A DNA stretch of 64,000 bases from an uncultured Thermoleophilia bacterium (GTDB taxonomy: Bacteria > Actinomycetota > Thermoleophilia > Gaiellales > Gaiellaceae). The stretch covers positions 4,647 through 68,646 of the forward strand of contig CAVQRE010000004.1 in the NCBI GenBank assembly GCA_963715115.1, written 5' to 3'. Below, piece by piece: positions 1-10,565 of this stretch (its first letter is position 1; each line of letters begins with the position of its first letter). The position numbers were made by a program, and so were the translations under genes. Under the pieces are notes generated by a model that saw nothing but the letters and a program-made list of their open reading frames with translations, did not search any database and was not told the origin of the DNA.

Positions 1-2
1 AC

Positions 3-65
3 CGAGAAATCGAGGCGGAGCGGCGGCAGGCACGCGCGGCAGCGCGCTTCCAGAACGTCGCGTGA
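3..65 (+). CDS. 3' end of an upstream CDS (partial, function unknown)
   Basis: Frame 3 reads REIEAERRQARAAARFQNVA then TGA at 63-65. The stop overlaps the GTG at 62 (GTGA), a coupling pattern seen repeatedly in this window. Confidence 0.3.
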   Translation, partial: REIEAERRQARAAARFQNVA

Positions 66-1013
66 CCGACGAGGAGATGCTCGCAGAGACGCGAGCGTTC
101 AACGCGGGCCTGGAAGCAGATCCTGCAAGGGCTGCCGCATGTCCATACGGTCCCCGCCGAGGTCACGCGGCAAGCGCGCCGCGCAGACGGGGGCATCTTC
201 CCCGCCCCCGTCTACCTGCCGGAGGCCAGGTGGGAGCGGATTGCGGGCCGCGACGGTGAGATCCCACTGCGCATCGTCGAGCCCGAGGGAGACGCACGGG
301 GCGCCTACCTGCACTTCCACGGCGGCGGCTGGACACTCGGCGCCGCCGACCTTCAGGATCCGACGCTCAAGGCGGCCGCAGACGCGACCGGGCTCGTGAT
401 GGTGAGCGTCGACTACCGCCTCGCACCCGAGCATCCGTATCCGGCTGCGCCGGACGACTGCGAGGACGCAGCCCGCTGGCTCCTCGACAACTTCGCCGGA
501 CGCCGGGCGATCGGCGGAGAGTCTGCGGGCGCACAGCTCGCAGTCGTCACACTGCTTCGCCTCCGCGACCGCTGCGGCATCGCGCCTCGGCAGGCGTTCG
601 CCGCCGCCAATCTGGTGTTCGGGCCGTTCGACCTGACGGGCACGCCGAGCCGGTTTCTCTGGGGCGAGCGTGAGCTGGTGCTGTCCGACCCGATGATGGC
701 GTGGTTCGCAGAGAACTACGTGCCGGGCCTGTCGGATGCCGAACGGCGACAACCCGACGTCTCACCGCTGTACGCCGACCTCCGCGACATGCCGCCTGCG
801 CTCTTCACCTGCGGCACGCTCGATCCGCTTCTCGACGACACGCTGTTCATGGAGGCCCGCTGGCGGTCGGCAGGCAACGACACGATGTTGACTCTCTGGC
901 CCGACGCAGTACACGGCTTCGTCGCTTTTGACATCGAAGCGGCGCGGAGATCGCGCGCCGAGCAATATGCGTTCCTGCTTGGCGACGAGTCTACGGCGCG
1001 AGCTTTCGCCTGA
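62..1013 (+). CDS. alpha/beta hydrolase fold-3 esterase/lipase (HSL family), one apparent frameshift near 118
   Basis: Translation contains the HGGGW oxyanion-hole motif (about 315-330), VDYRLAPEHPYP, the GESAG nucleophile elbow, and DPLLDD and HGF catalytic-triad contexts. The N-terminal 20 aa are in a different frame from the rest. Confidence 0.8.
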
Positions 1014-1227
1014 ACGCGGCCTCGTCGACGTAGTAGACGAACGCGCGCCGACCGTCGACCTCCACGACCGGCAGCCATTCGCGATAACGCGCCTCGAGCT
1101 CGGCGTCGCCGCTGATGTCGACCTCTTCGAGATCGAACGGCACGTCGTCGCGCACACGAACGAGCAAATCGCGCGCACGCTCGCAGAGGTGGCAGCCTCG
1201 AGCGTGATAGAGCGTGACCCGCGTCAG
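991..1227 (-). CDS. glutaredoxin-like small protein (thioredoxin fold, DUF836-like)
   Basis: The C-terminal 75 aa of ORF 991..1653 read VTLYHARGCHLCERA...VDISGD.ELEARY....PVVEVDG, a CxxC thioredoxin-fold pattern. The start codon is uncertain (no ATG/GTG near, possibly CTG at 1227). Confidence 0.55.
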   Translation of the reverse strand: MTRVTLYHARGCHLCERARDLLVRVRDDVPFDLEEVDISGDAELEARYREWLPVVEVDGRRAFVYYVDEAAFRRKLAP

Positions 1228-3778
1228 GGGAGGACCCGGAACCGCACGGTCGCGCGGCTCGGCGTCGCGTCGGTCGGCAGCGTCGGCCAGGCTGCGAGGC
1301 GAAGCTCGTAGGCGCCCGGCGCGAGCGGCGCGCTCGTCGGGCCGCGCCCGGTGATGCCGAAGCTGTACGACCCGGGCAGCACGTCGCGAAGACGCGTGAG
1401 CAGCCCGACGTACCGCCCGCCTGCCGTGTACAGCAGGACGTCGAGGCGCGCGACCGGCTGCACCTCGAGTGAGCCGCCCTGCCTGACGAGGTTCCCAGCC
1501 TGCACCGTCAGCACCGAGGGCTTCGCATCGGACTGCTTGAACGCGGTCGAACTGAGCGACGCATGAGCGATCAGATTTGCCGAGGGCTGCTCGAAGCTGA
1601 GCGCCCACGGAACACGAAGCGTCTCGCTGCCCGTTCGCAGCGATCCTGATCACGCCGGTGACCGTGTGCGGCCCGGGCGGCCGAAGGCGCGACGATCCGG
1701 ACCTTGACTCGGACTGCGTCGCCGATGCCGAGCACGACCCGGTCGGGTGTGACCTTGAAGCCGAGCGCCTCCGGGTCGACGTTGCTGACGATGCTGACCG
1801 ACAACTGGAGGCGGCGAGAAGACACGTTGCGGACGACGACCGTGCGCGTTCCGTGCCACCTCGGGCCGCCCCAGATCCCGAAGCCGAGAGTGGTCGGCTG
1901 CGCCGCGACTTCGCCGACCGCCGACGTCCCCAGCCGGAACGTGCCGGCTCCCGCCTCGGTCACCGACGCTCCTCCCGGCTCGGCATAGCCGACGAGCAGG
2001 CTCTGCAACGAGGGGCCGTCGAGGTCCGGCCGCATCTGCACGAGGAGCGCGGCACCCCCGGCGACCGTGGCTGCCGCCGCGCTCGTCCCGTTGACCGTCC
2101 CGTAGACGGGCGAGCCGTCGGGCGCCGAGCCGGGCTCGGAGGTCGCGACCGAGACCCCGGGAGCTGCGACATTCGGCTTGACGCTGCCGTCGAACGCAAG
2201 CCCGCGAGACGAGAAGTCGGCAACGTCACCGCGATCCGTGTTCGCCTTCGTGGCGCGCGGGGCCGATCGCGATGCCGACGTCCAGGCCTGCGCGCTGCGC
2301 CGCCAGCATCTCGAGGGCAGGCGCGGTCGGGACGACGACGACGGGGGGCGTCTGCTGCCGCGAAAGGCGAAGCGAGCCGGCTGGAAGCGAGTCGCCGTAC
2401 AGGACGAGGGCGGCGGCGCCTGCGTCGGAAGCAGCGGCCGCCTGCGTCTCCGGACTGCCGCCGGCAGGCGCGACGATCGCGCGACCGGCAATGCGGCTGA
2501 AGCCCTTCTTGTCGAACGCGGCTGCCGGGGCGGCTGCAACCGGGGGCGCAGGGCTCACGGTCAGGGCGTGGGACGGCCCGGCGACCCCGAGCAGCGGCAC
2601 GTTCTGGTCGAAGATCACGTCGAGACCGCGCCGGAGCACGACGCGCGCCTCCGGGAGCCTGGCCCGCGTGTCGGTCGCCGCGACGGCGAGCGCACCGGGT
2701 GCGCCGGCAGGACCGCCGACGGAGCCGAAGCTCGGCCCGGCGTTGCCGTCGTTGCCGGCCGGGGCGACGACGACCGTGTTCAGCGCCAGGGCCCCGGCGA
2801 CCGCGGTCGCCTCCGGCCCGTCGGTGAACGCCGCGTACGGCTCGGCGACGCCGAGCAGCGCGACTCGAACGGCGTCGTGACAGTCGCCGTCGCCGTTCGG
2901 ATCGACCGCGCGTTCGAGGCCGGCGATCAGCTGATCCGTGCGGCTGAACACGAGCTCGCGACCGTCGCTCGCCGGTTGCCAGCCGGCGATACGGATCGGG
3001 AGAATCGTCGCGCCCGGGGCCACGCCGTGAATTCCGCCCGGTCCGTCGGCGCCGGCGAGGATCCCCGCCAGCTCAGTGCCGTGACGCTCGACCTCCGCCG
3101 GATCCTGGGGGTTCGCGCGCGCCGATGCGTCCGTCCCGCCGTCGACGAGGTCGTAGCCGGAGAGGAGGCGGCCGCGCAGGTAGGGCTGATTGAGATCGAC
3201 GCCGGTGTCGAGGAGCGCGATGGTGACGCCACGGCCGTCGAAGCCGGGCAGGTCGGCGCTCGGCTGCCCGCTCGAGCTGCGAGAACTCCTTCGACGACAG
3301 TTCCGACGAGGAGATCGAGGCCGGGAACGCGGCCCGGACCGGGTAGACGCCGCTCGACCTCGGTGTCGTTCTCGAGCAACGGAATCGCGCGCGGATCGAG
3401 CGAGGCCGAGAAGCCGTCGAGCACGCGGGTGTAGCTGAAGTCCGGTCGCACCTGGAGCCCGTGCGCGGCGAGCGAGAGCAGAACCTCCTTCTGCGCGGCG
3501 ACGGCCTGTGTGCTCCAGGAACGTTCCTGACTCTCGGTCGCGTACCGCACCTTCGCCAATCGATCGGCGACGGACTGCGTCTTCAGGACGACGATCATCC
3601 GCTGCCCCGAGGGAGTCGCTGCACGCGGTCCACCGACGAGACCGCGCCAGCTCGCGGCGTGCGACCAGCGTCGCCGGGCCGTGTCGTCCTCGCGCCCAGA
3701 CGGCCGCGTGAGCCCGACGGCGTCGCCGTCGGCCGCGAGCTCGAGGACCACGGCATCGTTACGCGGCCGCCTGTGCAT
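1224..3778 (-). CDS. subtilisin-like serine protease (peptidase S8) with I9 propeptide and PA-type insert; at least 4 frame breaks
   Basis: Pieces in three frames give an I9-like propeptide ([14 protein letters not shown]...) and the catalytic Asp context [11 protein letters not shown] (about 3200-3230). They also give the His context [11 protein letters not shown] (about 3080), a PA-like insert, the catalytic Ser [11 protein letters not shown] (about 2060-2090) and a C-terminal Ig-like domain ending at 1224. Confidence 0.8.
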
Positions 3779-4714
3779 CGAGTGAAAGGTACTCGGGATA
3801 CGGGACGGCGCGGACGTAGCGGGCGGCCGAAGCGATCATCGCCGCGTTGTCGGTGCACAGCGCCAGTGGCGCGAGAGCGGCGTCGTGCAGGGCCGCGCGC
3901 AGCTCCGAGTTGGCCGCCACGCCGCCGACGACGGCGATCCGGCCGGGCACCGGTCGCCTCGCACGCGTTCGACGAGCGCGCGTCACGATCGCGCGCTGGT
4001 AGCGCGCTGCGAGGTCGGCCCGGCGCGCTCGAGCTCGGCTGCGGGCGAGGTCACGGACGGCGTACAGCAGGGCGGTCTTGAGCCCGGAGAACGAGAAGTC
4101 GAGACCCGGGACGCGAGCGACCGGAAAGTCGAGTACGCAGACGGGTCGCCGTGTTCGCGAGCGCGTCGATCGCGCGGCCGCCGGGATAGCCGAGGCCGAG
4201 CAGCCGCGCGCCCTTGTCGAACGCCTCGCCGGCGGCGTCGTCGAGTGTCGTGCCGAGCACGCGGTAGCCACCGCGATCGGTGACGTCGAGCAGCATCGTG
4301 TGGCCGCCGCTCGCGAGCAGGCAGATGAACGGCGGCTCCAGGTCGATCGGCTTCAGGTAGAGCGAGGCGACGTGCCCGTGCAGGTGGTTGACCGGCACGA
4401 GCGGGAGTCGGCGCGCCCACGCGATCGCCTTGCCGGCGCTGACGCCGACGAGCAGCGCACCGATCAGGCCCGGATGGGTCGTGACGGCGACGGCTCGACG
4501 TCCGTCGAGTGGTGCGCCGGCGCCGGCGAGCGCCTCTCGACGACGGGGACGACGAGCTCGAGGTGGCGGCGGCTCGCGATCTCGGGCACGACGCCGCCGA
4601 AGCGCGCGTGCAGCTCGTCCTGTGACGCGACGACGCTCGTCGAGGATCTCGCCGTCGCGCGGTGACGAGCGCGGCGGCCGTCTCGTCGCACGACGTCTCG
4701 ATGCCGAGGATCAC
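3759..4714 (-). CDS. tsaD: tRNA N6-adenosine threonylcarbamoyltransferase TsaD; at least 3 frame breaks
   Basis: [16 protein letters not shown]-terminus (GTG at 4714), [37 protein letters not shown] and a [10 protein letters not shown]-terminus, spread over three frames. Confidence 0.85.
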
Positions 4715-5186
4715 CGCACCGCTCGGGGGCGGGCTTGGCGGTGCGTCGCGCCACATGATCAGCGCGTCCTCCCGGTTGTCGGTGTAGTAGCCGCGGCGGA
4801 TGCCCGCGCCTCGAAGCCGAGCCTGCTCGTAGAGGTGGATCGCGGTGTCGTTCGAGACGCGTACCTCGAGGGTGTAGCCGCGGCGCTCGTCGTCGGCGTC
4901 AGCTCGAAGAGCCGCTCGAGCAGCTGCCGGTGCGATCCCGCGGCCCTGGTGATCCGGGTCGACGGCGACGTTCATCACGTGCCAGGCGTCGACGTAGCGG
5001 GAGTTGACGACGTAGCCCGACGAGCAGGTCGCCCTCGAACGCGCCGAGGCTGATCGACGTCGGCTTCGCGAGCTCAGACGCGAACATGGCGCGCGACCAC
5101 GGCGTCGGGTAGGCGCGGCGCTCGATCTGCTCGATCGCGTTCAGCTCGGCGAGGTCGAGCAGCCGGATCTCGAGCGGCGACGGCGG
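4715..5186 (-). CDS. rimI: ribosomal-protein-alanine N-acetyltransferase RimI (GNAT); frame breaks; reads without a stop into tsaD
   Basis: The motifs [40 protein letters not shown] and [15 protein letters not shown]...GIRRGYY support the call. The position between tsaB and tsaD fits the conserved t6A cluster. Confidence 0.7.
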
Positions 5187-5764
5187 TCACGGGTCTCCTT
5201 CGGCATCGCGTCGGGCTCGCGAAGGTAGGTCGGCTCGACCGCGCTGTGCCGGGCCGAAGGCGCCGGCGTGCGCCGACGAGCAGGTGCGCGGGTCGGGCCG
5301 TGGGCCGGGTCGTCGTCCGGCGGGATCGCGGCCCCGGCGCCTCGAAGACGGCGCGGTAGCGGATCGCGCCGTCACCGACGAGACGGCGCCCGTCGACGGT
5401 CGAGCTCCTCGGGCGGGCGACGACGGGCCGGCGGCGAAGACTTCGCCGCGGCTTGCGCGTCGATCACGGCGTCGCCTCCGGCGAAGCCGAGTAGCGTCGA
5501 GACGCCGGCTACCGGGAGCGCGAGCGCGAAGCCGAGACCGCGGGCGGTGGCCAGGCCCATGCGGATCGACGTGAAGCTACCCGGGCCGGTACCGACGACG
5601 AGCCCGTCGAGGTCGGACGCGTCAGCCCGGCCTCGTCGAGCGAGCGTCCGTCGCAGCGAGCATCGAGCGTGCGTCGGTCCGGCTCGGCAACCAGCGCCGC
5701 CGTCCCGGATGAGGGAGCAGGAGGCCACGGAGGTGGCGGTGTCAAAAGCGAGGATCGTCCGCAT
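5187..5764 (-). CDS. tsaB: tRNA threonylcarbamoyladenosine biosynthesis protein TsaB; frame breaks
   Basis: MRTILAFDTATSVASCSL start at 5764, the GTGPGSFTSIRMGLATARGL motif, and a C-terminus in another frame ending at the TGA at 5187. Confidence 0.75.
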
Positions 5765-6168
5765 CGGCGATCGAGACGCGTCGGCGACTCGGGTCGACGT
5801 GACGGAGGGTAACCACGACGCGGGCCTCGGGCAGCCAGTCGCCGCCGTGCTCGGGCCATTCGACGAAGCGACGGTGCCGTCGAAGTACGGCTCGAGGTCG
5901 CCCCACTCCTCGGGATGAGGCCGGCGAGCCGGTAGAGGTCGAGGTGCGCGACGGGCGTCTGCCCGTGCGTAGCGGTGGCCGATCGTGAACGTCGGGCTCG
6001 AGATCGGGCTCGGTCGACGCCGAGCGCCCGGGCCGCTCCGCGCACGAACGTCGTCTTGCCGGCCCCGAGCTCGCCCGGAGACCGCGACCACGTCGCCCGC
6101 CTCGAGCCGGGCCGCCAGACCCGCCGCAAGCGCGTCGGTCTCCTCCGGGGAGCGGTCACCATGTCCAT
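5742..6168 (-). CDS. tsaE: tRNA threonylcarbamoyladenosine biosynthesis ATPase TsaE; frame breaks
   Basis: P-loop SGELGAGKTTFVRG, SPTFTIGHRY, VAHLDLYRL and EEWGDLEPYF motifs across frames. It overlaps the tsaB start by about 23 nt. Confidence 0.7.
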
Positions 6169-6184
6169 CCCGCCGAAATGGGGC

Positions 6185-6858
6185 CTAGAAGAGGCCGAGC
6201 TGGACCGGCGGACGTCGCCGACCGGCTCCGGCTCGACAGAGACGGGCTCCGGCACGCGGCCGAGCAGCTCGGGCAGGCGCGCGAAGTCCGCTTCGAGCAC
6301 GTCGAGCATGCGCGGCGTGTAGAGCGCCGCGGCCGGATGGAAGATCGGGAAGAGCAGCACCTTGCGGCCGCCCAGCGACCTCCTGCGGCACGCCGTGCAC
6401 GCGCGTGATCCCGTCGGCTTGCCGGACAGCAGCTTCGTCGCGAAGTTCCCGAGCGTCGCCACGACCTTCGGCTGGATCAGCTCGATCTGCTTGAAGAGGT
6501 GCGACTCGCAGGACTCGATTTCGTCCGGGCAACGGGTCGCGATTACCCGGAGGCCGGCATTTCAGGACGTTCGCGATATAGACCGTCTCGCGGTCAGGCC
6601 GATGCCCGCGAGCAGCTTCGACAGCAGCTGTCCGGCGGCTCCGACGAACGGAACGCCCTGCTTGTCCTCGTGGAAGCCGGGCGCTTCGCCGACGAACATC
6701 AGGTCGGCGTGCGGTGAGCCGGAGCCGAAGACGACCTGCGTTCGCGTGGCCGCCAGCGCGCACCGTTCACAGCCGGCGACGACGTCGCCGTAGGCGAGCA
6801 GCGAGAGCGAGGGGTCAGCAGCAGCCACAGGAACCGCCGCAACAGCCGCCACCGCCAA
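6185..6858 (-). CDS. uracil-DNA glycosylase, family 4; at least 2 frame breaks
   Basis: [19 protein letters not shown]...[27 protein letters not shown], then [17 protein letters not shown], then [10 protein letters not shown] and [11 protein letters not shown] in other frames. Confidence 0.8.
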
Positions 6859-7018
6859 AGGTGGGCTGCCCGACGGTGCCGTGAGCCACGAAACCGCTCA
6901 GCTGCTTGGCCACCTTCGCATTGCCGCAGTCGGGACAGGCCGGATCAGGGGCCGACATCCCGACGAGCTCCTCGAAGTGGGACTCGCAACTCATGCAGAC
7001 GTATTCGTAGATCGGCAC
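6815..7018 (-). CDS. FmdB-family zinc-ribbon regulatory protein with Gly/Cys-rich tail
   Basis: [18 protein letters not shown]....CPDCG matches the CxxC...CxxC FmdB signature. The intact 67-aa ORF ends [13 protein letters not shown]. Confidence 0.85.
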   Translation of the reverse strand: MPIYEYVCMSCESHFEELVGMSAPDPACPDCGNAKVAKQLSGFVAHGTVGQPTFGGGGCCGGSCGCC

Positions 7019-7135
7019 TCGTTCAGCACCCTACCAATCGGAGATCTTTGCGCGGCCCCCGGACGGTATCGGCCGCGAGTCGGCTAGAGGATACACTGCC
7101 GGTGCCCGGTATCCCGAAGGAACTGGAGCCACAGC

Positions 7136-7796
7136 TTGTTCGAGAGCGTCACCGTCATCGGCGCGGGTCGCGCCGGCTCAGCCATCGCCGCGCGCCTGCG
7201 CGAGCGCGGCGTTCGCCGTGCGGCCCGGACGGCGAGTTCCGTCTCTTGTGCGTGCCGGACGCGCGCAATCGCCGAGGTCGCCGCTGCGATCCCGCCCGGC
7301 CCGTGGGTCGCCCACGTCTCCGGGGCGACGCCGCTGGCCGCGCTTGCGCCTCACACGCGCCGTTTCTCGGTGCATCCGCTGCAGACCCTGGTGCGCTCGC
7401 GCGGTCCCGAGCAGCTCGACGGCGCCTGGGCCGCCGTCACCGCCGAGACGCCGAGGCGCACGGACGCGCGCTGTGGCTCGCCGAGACGCTCGGCCTGCAC
7501 GCCCTTCGACCTCGCCGACGACGCGCGGGCCCTCTACCACGCCGGCGCGGTCGATGGCATCGAACTTCCTCGTCACGCTCCACCGCGCCGCCGCCCGGCT
7601 CGCGGTCGATGCCGGCGCGCCGCCCGAGGACTCCTGCCGCTGATGCGGCGCACGATCGACGAACGACTTCGAGCTGACCGGCCCGATCGCACGCGGCGAC
7701 CGCGAGACCGTCGAGCGACACGTTGCGGCGATCCGCGAGCACGAGCCCCAACTCGAACCGCTCTACGCCGCGCTGGCGGAGGCGACGGCCCCGTGA
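7136..7796 (+). CDS. Rossmann-fold DUF2520-type putative oxidoreductase (pan-cluster associated); frame breaks
   Basis: TTG start; VTVIGAGRAGSAIA dinucleotide-binding motif. Later pieces read ALYHAGAVMASNFLVTL and TGPIARGD..TVERHV in other frames. The gene lies directly upstream of panC with a GTGA overlap. Confidence 0.6.
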
Positions 7797-8578
7797 AGGT
7801 CGTCCGACACGATCGCCGAGGTGCGGGCTGAGCTCGCGGGACGAGCACGGCGTTGTCGGGCTCGTGCCGACGATGGGCGCGCTGCACGCGGGTCACGTCG
7901 CGCTGTTCCGGGCGGCGCGCCCGGTCTGCGACGACGCTCGTCGCCAGCGTCTTCCTGAACCCGGCGCAGTTCTCCGAACGCAGCCGACGTGACGCGTATC
8001 CGCGCGACCTCACGGCGGACGTCGCGCCGCGGCCGAGGCCGACGGGCGTCGACCTACTCTTCGCCGCCGAGCGCCGACGAGATGTACCCACCCGGTTTCG
8101 CGACCTGGGTCGATGCCGAGGGAGCGGCGCTCGGTCTCGAGTCGGCCATCGCCCGGGCCATTTCCGCGGCGTCGCGACCGTCGTGCTCAAGCTCTTCAAC
8201 ATCGTCCGCCCGCAGATCGCCTGGTTCGGGCACAAGGACGCCCAGCAGGTCGCCGTCGCTGAAGCAGCTCGTCCGCGACCTCAACCTCGACGTCGAGATC
8301 CGCGTCGTCGAGACGGTGCGCGACGTCGACGGCCTCGCGCTCTCGTCACGGAACGCACGCCTCACCCGCACGGAGCGCGAGCCGGCAGCGGCCATCTCGC
8401 GCGCACTCGCGACACGCGACCCCGACTGCGCCCGCGGCGTTCTCGCCGAGGCCGGGATCACCCCCGACTACGTCGCGGTCGCCGACCTCGACGGCCCGAC
8501 TCTCGCCGTCGCGGCCCGCGTCGGCGACACACGCCTGATCGACAACATCCGACTCGAGAAGGAGACCTCGAGCCATGA
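7793..8578 (+). CDS. panC: pantoate--beta-alanine ligase; frame breaks, 3' end uncertain
   Basis: LVPTMGALHAGH, SVFLNPAQF, GHFRGVATVVLKLFNIV.P..AWFG.KDAQQ and LALSSRNARL motifs, distributed over three frames. Confidence 0.8.
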
Positions 8579-9480
8579 CGCACACGCCCGCGGACAGCCC
8601 GCCCCCGGCGACACCCGCTCCCGGCAAGCTGCCGCTGCCAGAGCTCGCCGAGATGAAGCGTCGCGGCGAGCGGATCGTGATGATCACCGCCTACGACGCA
8701 CCGGCGGCCCGGATCGCAGACGCGGCCGGCGTCGAACTCGATCCTCGTCGGCGACACGGCGGCGATGGTCGATGCTCGGCCACGACGTCGACGGTGCCGG
8801 TCACGCTCGACGAGATGATCTTCCTGACGCGCGCCGTGACACGGGCGCTCGGCGCCCGCTCGTCGTCGGCGGACATGCCGTTCGGGATCGTACGAGGTCT
8901 CGGACGAGCAGGCGGTCGCGAGCGCGATCCGCTTCGTCAAGGAGGCCGGCGCCGACGCCGTGAAGCTCGAGGGCGCCGGGCGCATGCTCGGACGCGTCCG
9001 GGCGATCACGGACTCGAACATCCCCGTGATGGGCCACGTCGGGCTGACGCCGCAGATCGGCGACGAAGCTCGGCGGCTTCAAGGCGCAGGGTCGCACGGC
9101 CGATGCGGCGAAGCGGCTGCTCGAGGACGCACTCGCCTTGCAGGACGCCGGCTGCTTCGCGCGTCGTGCTCGAGGCGGTGCCGGCGGCAGTCGCTGCGCG
9201 AGATCACCGGCGCGCTCGACGTCCCGACGATCGGCATCGGCGCAGGCGCGCGACCGACGGGCAGGTGCTCGTCTGGCACGACATGCTCGGGCATGTACGA
9301 GGGGCCGACGCCCGCGCTTCGTGAAGCAGTACGCCGAGCTGGCGGCGATCATCGGCGAAGCGGTCGCGCGCTATGCGGCGGACGTTCGCACCGGCGCGTT
9401 TCCGGAGGACGAGCACACGTACCGGATCACCGCCGGAGGAGCTGGCGGCGTTCGAATCGGCGCTCGCGCCTCGCTCATAG
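8575..9480 (+). CDS. panB: 3-methyl-2-oxobutanoate hydroxymethyltransferase; at least 5 frame breaks
   Basis: An AAGGAG ribosome-binding site precedes the ATG at 8575. The motifs [56 protein letters not shown] and PTIGIGAG are present. The gene ends FPEDEHTY...TAG at 9478-9480. Confidence 0.8.
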
Positions 9481-9556
9481 CGCCGTGACAGTTCGGTAAC
9501 GGCGGCAGCCACCTGTCGGCCGCGCGTCGCCCGGCCGCCCCACCGCGCCCCCAGTA

Positions 9557-9573
9557 CCGCCCGTCCCGGGCGG
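9557..9573. terminator. GC-rich stem-loop between convergent panB and Yip1-like genes
   Basis: CCGCCCG-tcc-CGGGCGG forms a perfect 7-bp inverted repeat. There is no U-tract. Confidence 0.3.
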
Positions 9574-9675
9574 CTTGCAGGTGAATCGTCGCCGACGCGA
9601 GGCCGGCGCGCCCCACTCCGTTACGAACTCGGCACGGAATTGACACTGTTCCGTACCGGCGGCTGGCACCCGGTC

Positions 9676-10325
9676 TCACCGCAGGTGGAGGGCGATGGCA
9701 ACGACGGCCGGAACGCCGACCGCGAGGGCCGTAGCCGCACCGGCGCGGGCCCACGTCCAGCCGTGGACGGCACGAATGCCGATGACGAGCAACGCGATCG
9801 ACCACACGAGGAACACCGCGCCGAACAGCTCGAACACGCGAGCGCCGGTGCCGGCATCGCTGCCGCCCGACCGGAACACGTCCTCCCCGTAGAGCGCGAG
9901 ACGGATCGGCCAGACGACGAGCGAGAGCACGATCGGGACCGCCGCGAACGCAACGACGTGCCGCGTTCGCCGGTAGCTCCCCTGCGACCCGAACAGCTTC
10001 ACGGCACCGTGCACGAACGCACCGAACGCGAAGTAACCGAAGATCCCGTAGAGGCCGCCGACGATGAAAGCCCAGACCGCGACGAGCATACCGTCGTACT
10101 GCGAATCGTCCATCAGGTGCCCCGCCGTGCCGCGTCGCCAGAACGAGCGCGATCCCGGCGAGAATGACGATCGCGAGCACCGGCTCGGACCGGTCGGAGA
10201 GCGAACCGGGCGCGTCGTCCCGAAGCGCGACGAAGACGGGCCGCGGGTGCTGCAGTACGAGCGGCGGCGCGCAGCCACCAGTCGCGCATGCCGTGCGACG
10301 CGTCGACCGAGCTCGTCACAGCCAC
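9676..10325 (-). CDS. Yip1-domain integral membrane protein; frame breaks in N-terminal part
   Basis: Multiple TM helices (LVAVWAFIVGGLYGIFGYFAFGAFVHG, VVAFAAVPIVLSLVVWPI, LFGAVFLVWSIALLVIGI), typical of the Yip1 family. The N-terminus sits in other frames. Confidence 0.55.
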
Positions 10326-10346
10326 GGCGATGAGCGTACCGGGCCG

Positions 10347-10565
10347 TTACGAGCTGAGCGTGACCGTCTGGCCGTTGTGGCAGCGGAACTCGGTGTTCCC
10401 GAGCAGATCGGACCGTTGCGCCACGGGCGCCTTCCCGTTCTTGCAGATCGTGTGGTGACGGTTGACATAGCCGGCGAGGAAGCCTCCCGCGAAGATCACC
10501 GCACAGGTCGCACCGAGCAGGATCAGGACGGTGCGGCGGCTACGAAGGTTCAGGCGAACCTTCAT
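10347..10565 (-). CDS. small membrane-anchored hypothetical protein
   Basis: Intact 72-aa ORF with an N-terminal TM helix ([23 protein letters not shown]). Its ATG overlaps the uvrA stop (ATGA). Confidence 0.4.
   Translation of the reverse strand: MKVRLNLRSRRTVLILLGATCAVIFAGGFLAGYVNRHHTICKNGKAPVAQRSDLLGNTEFRCHNGQTVTLSS

Noticed and set aside
3759-9480. Calling tsaD, tsaB, tsaE, panC, panB (and mreB, rne, uvrB elsewhere) true pseudogenes that indicate genome reduction
   Set aside because: These are normally indispensable single-copy genes. Every conserved motif is still present and only the frame changes. The breaks cluster regionally next to flawless multi-kb genes, which points to consensus indel errors.
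9620-9655. GTTACGAACTCGGCAC plus an ACGGAA-N9-TTCCGT hairpin as a further copy of the obgE/folC motif
   Set aside because: Only about 12 of 16 positions match and the CGAACAATCCAC half is missing. That is too weak to claim without a statistical search.
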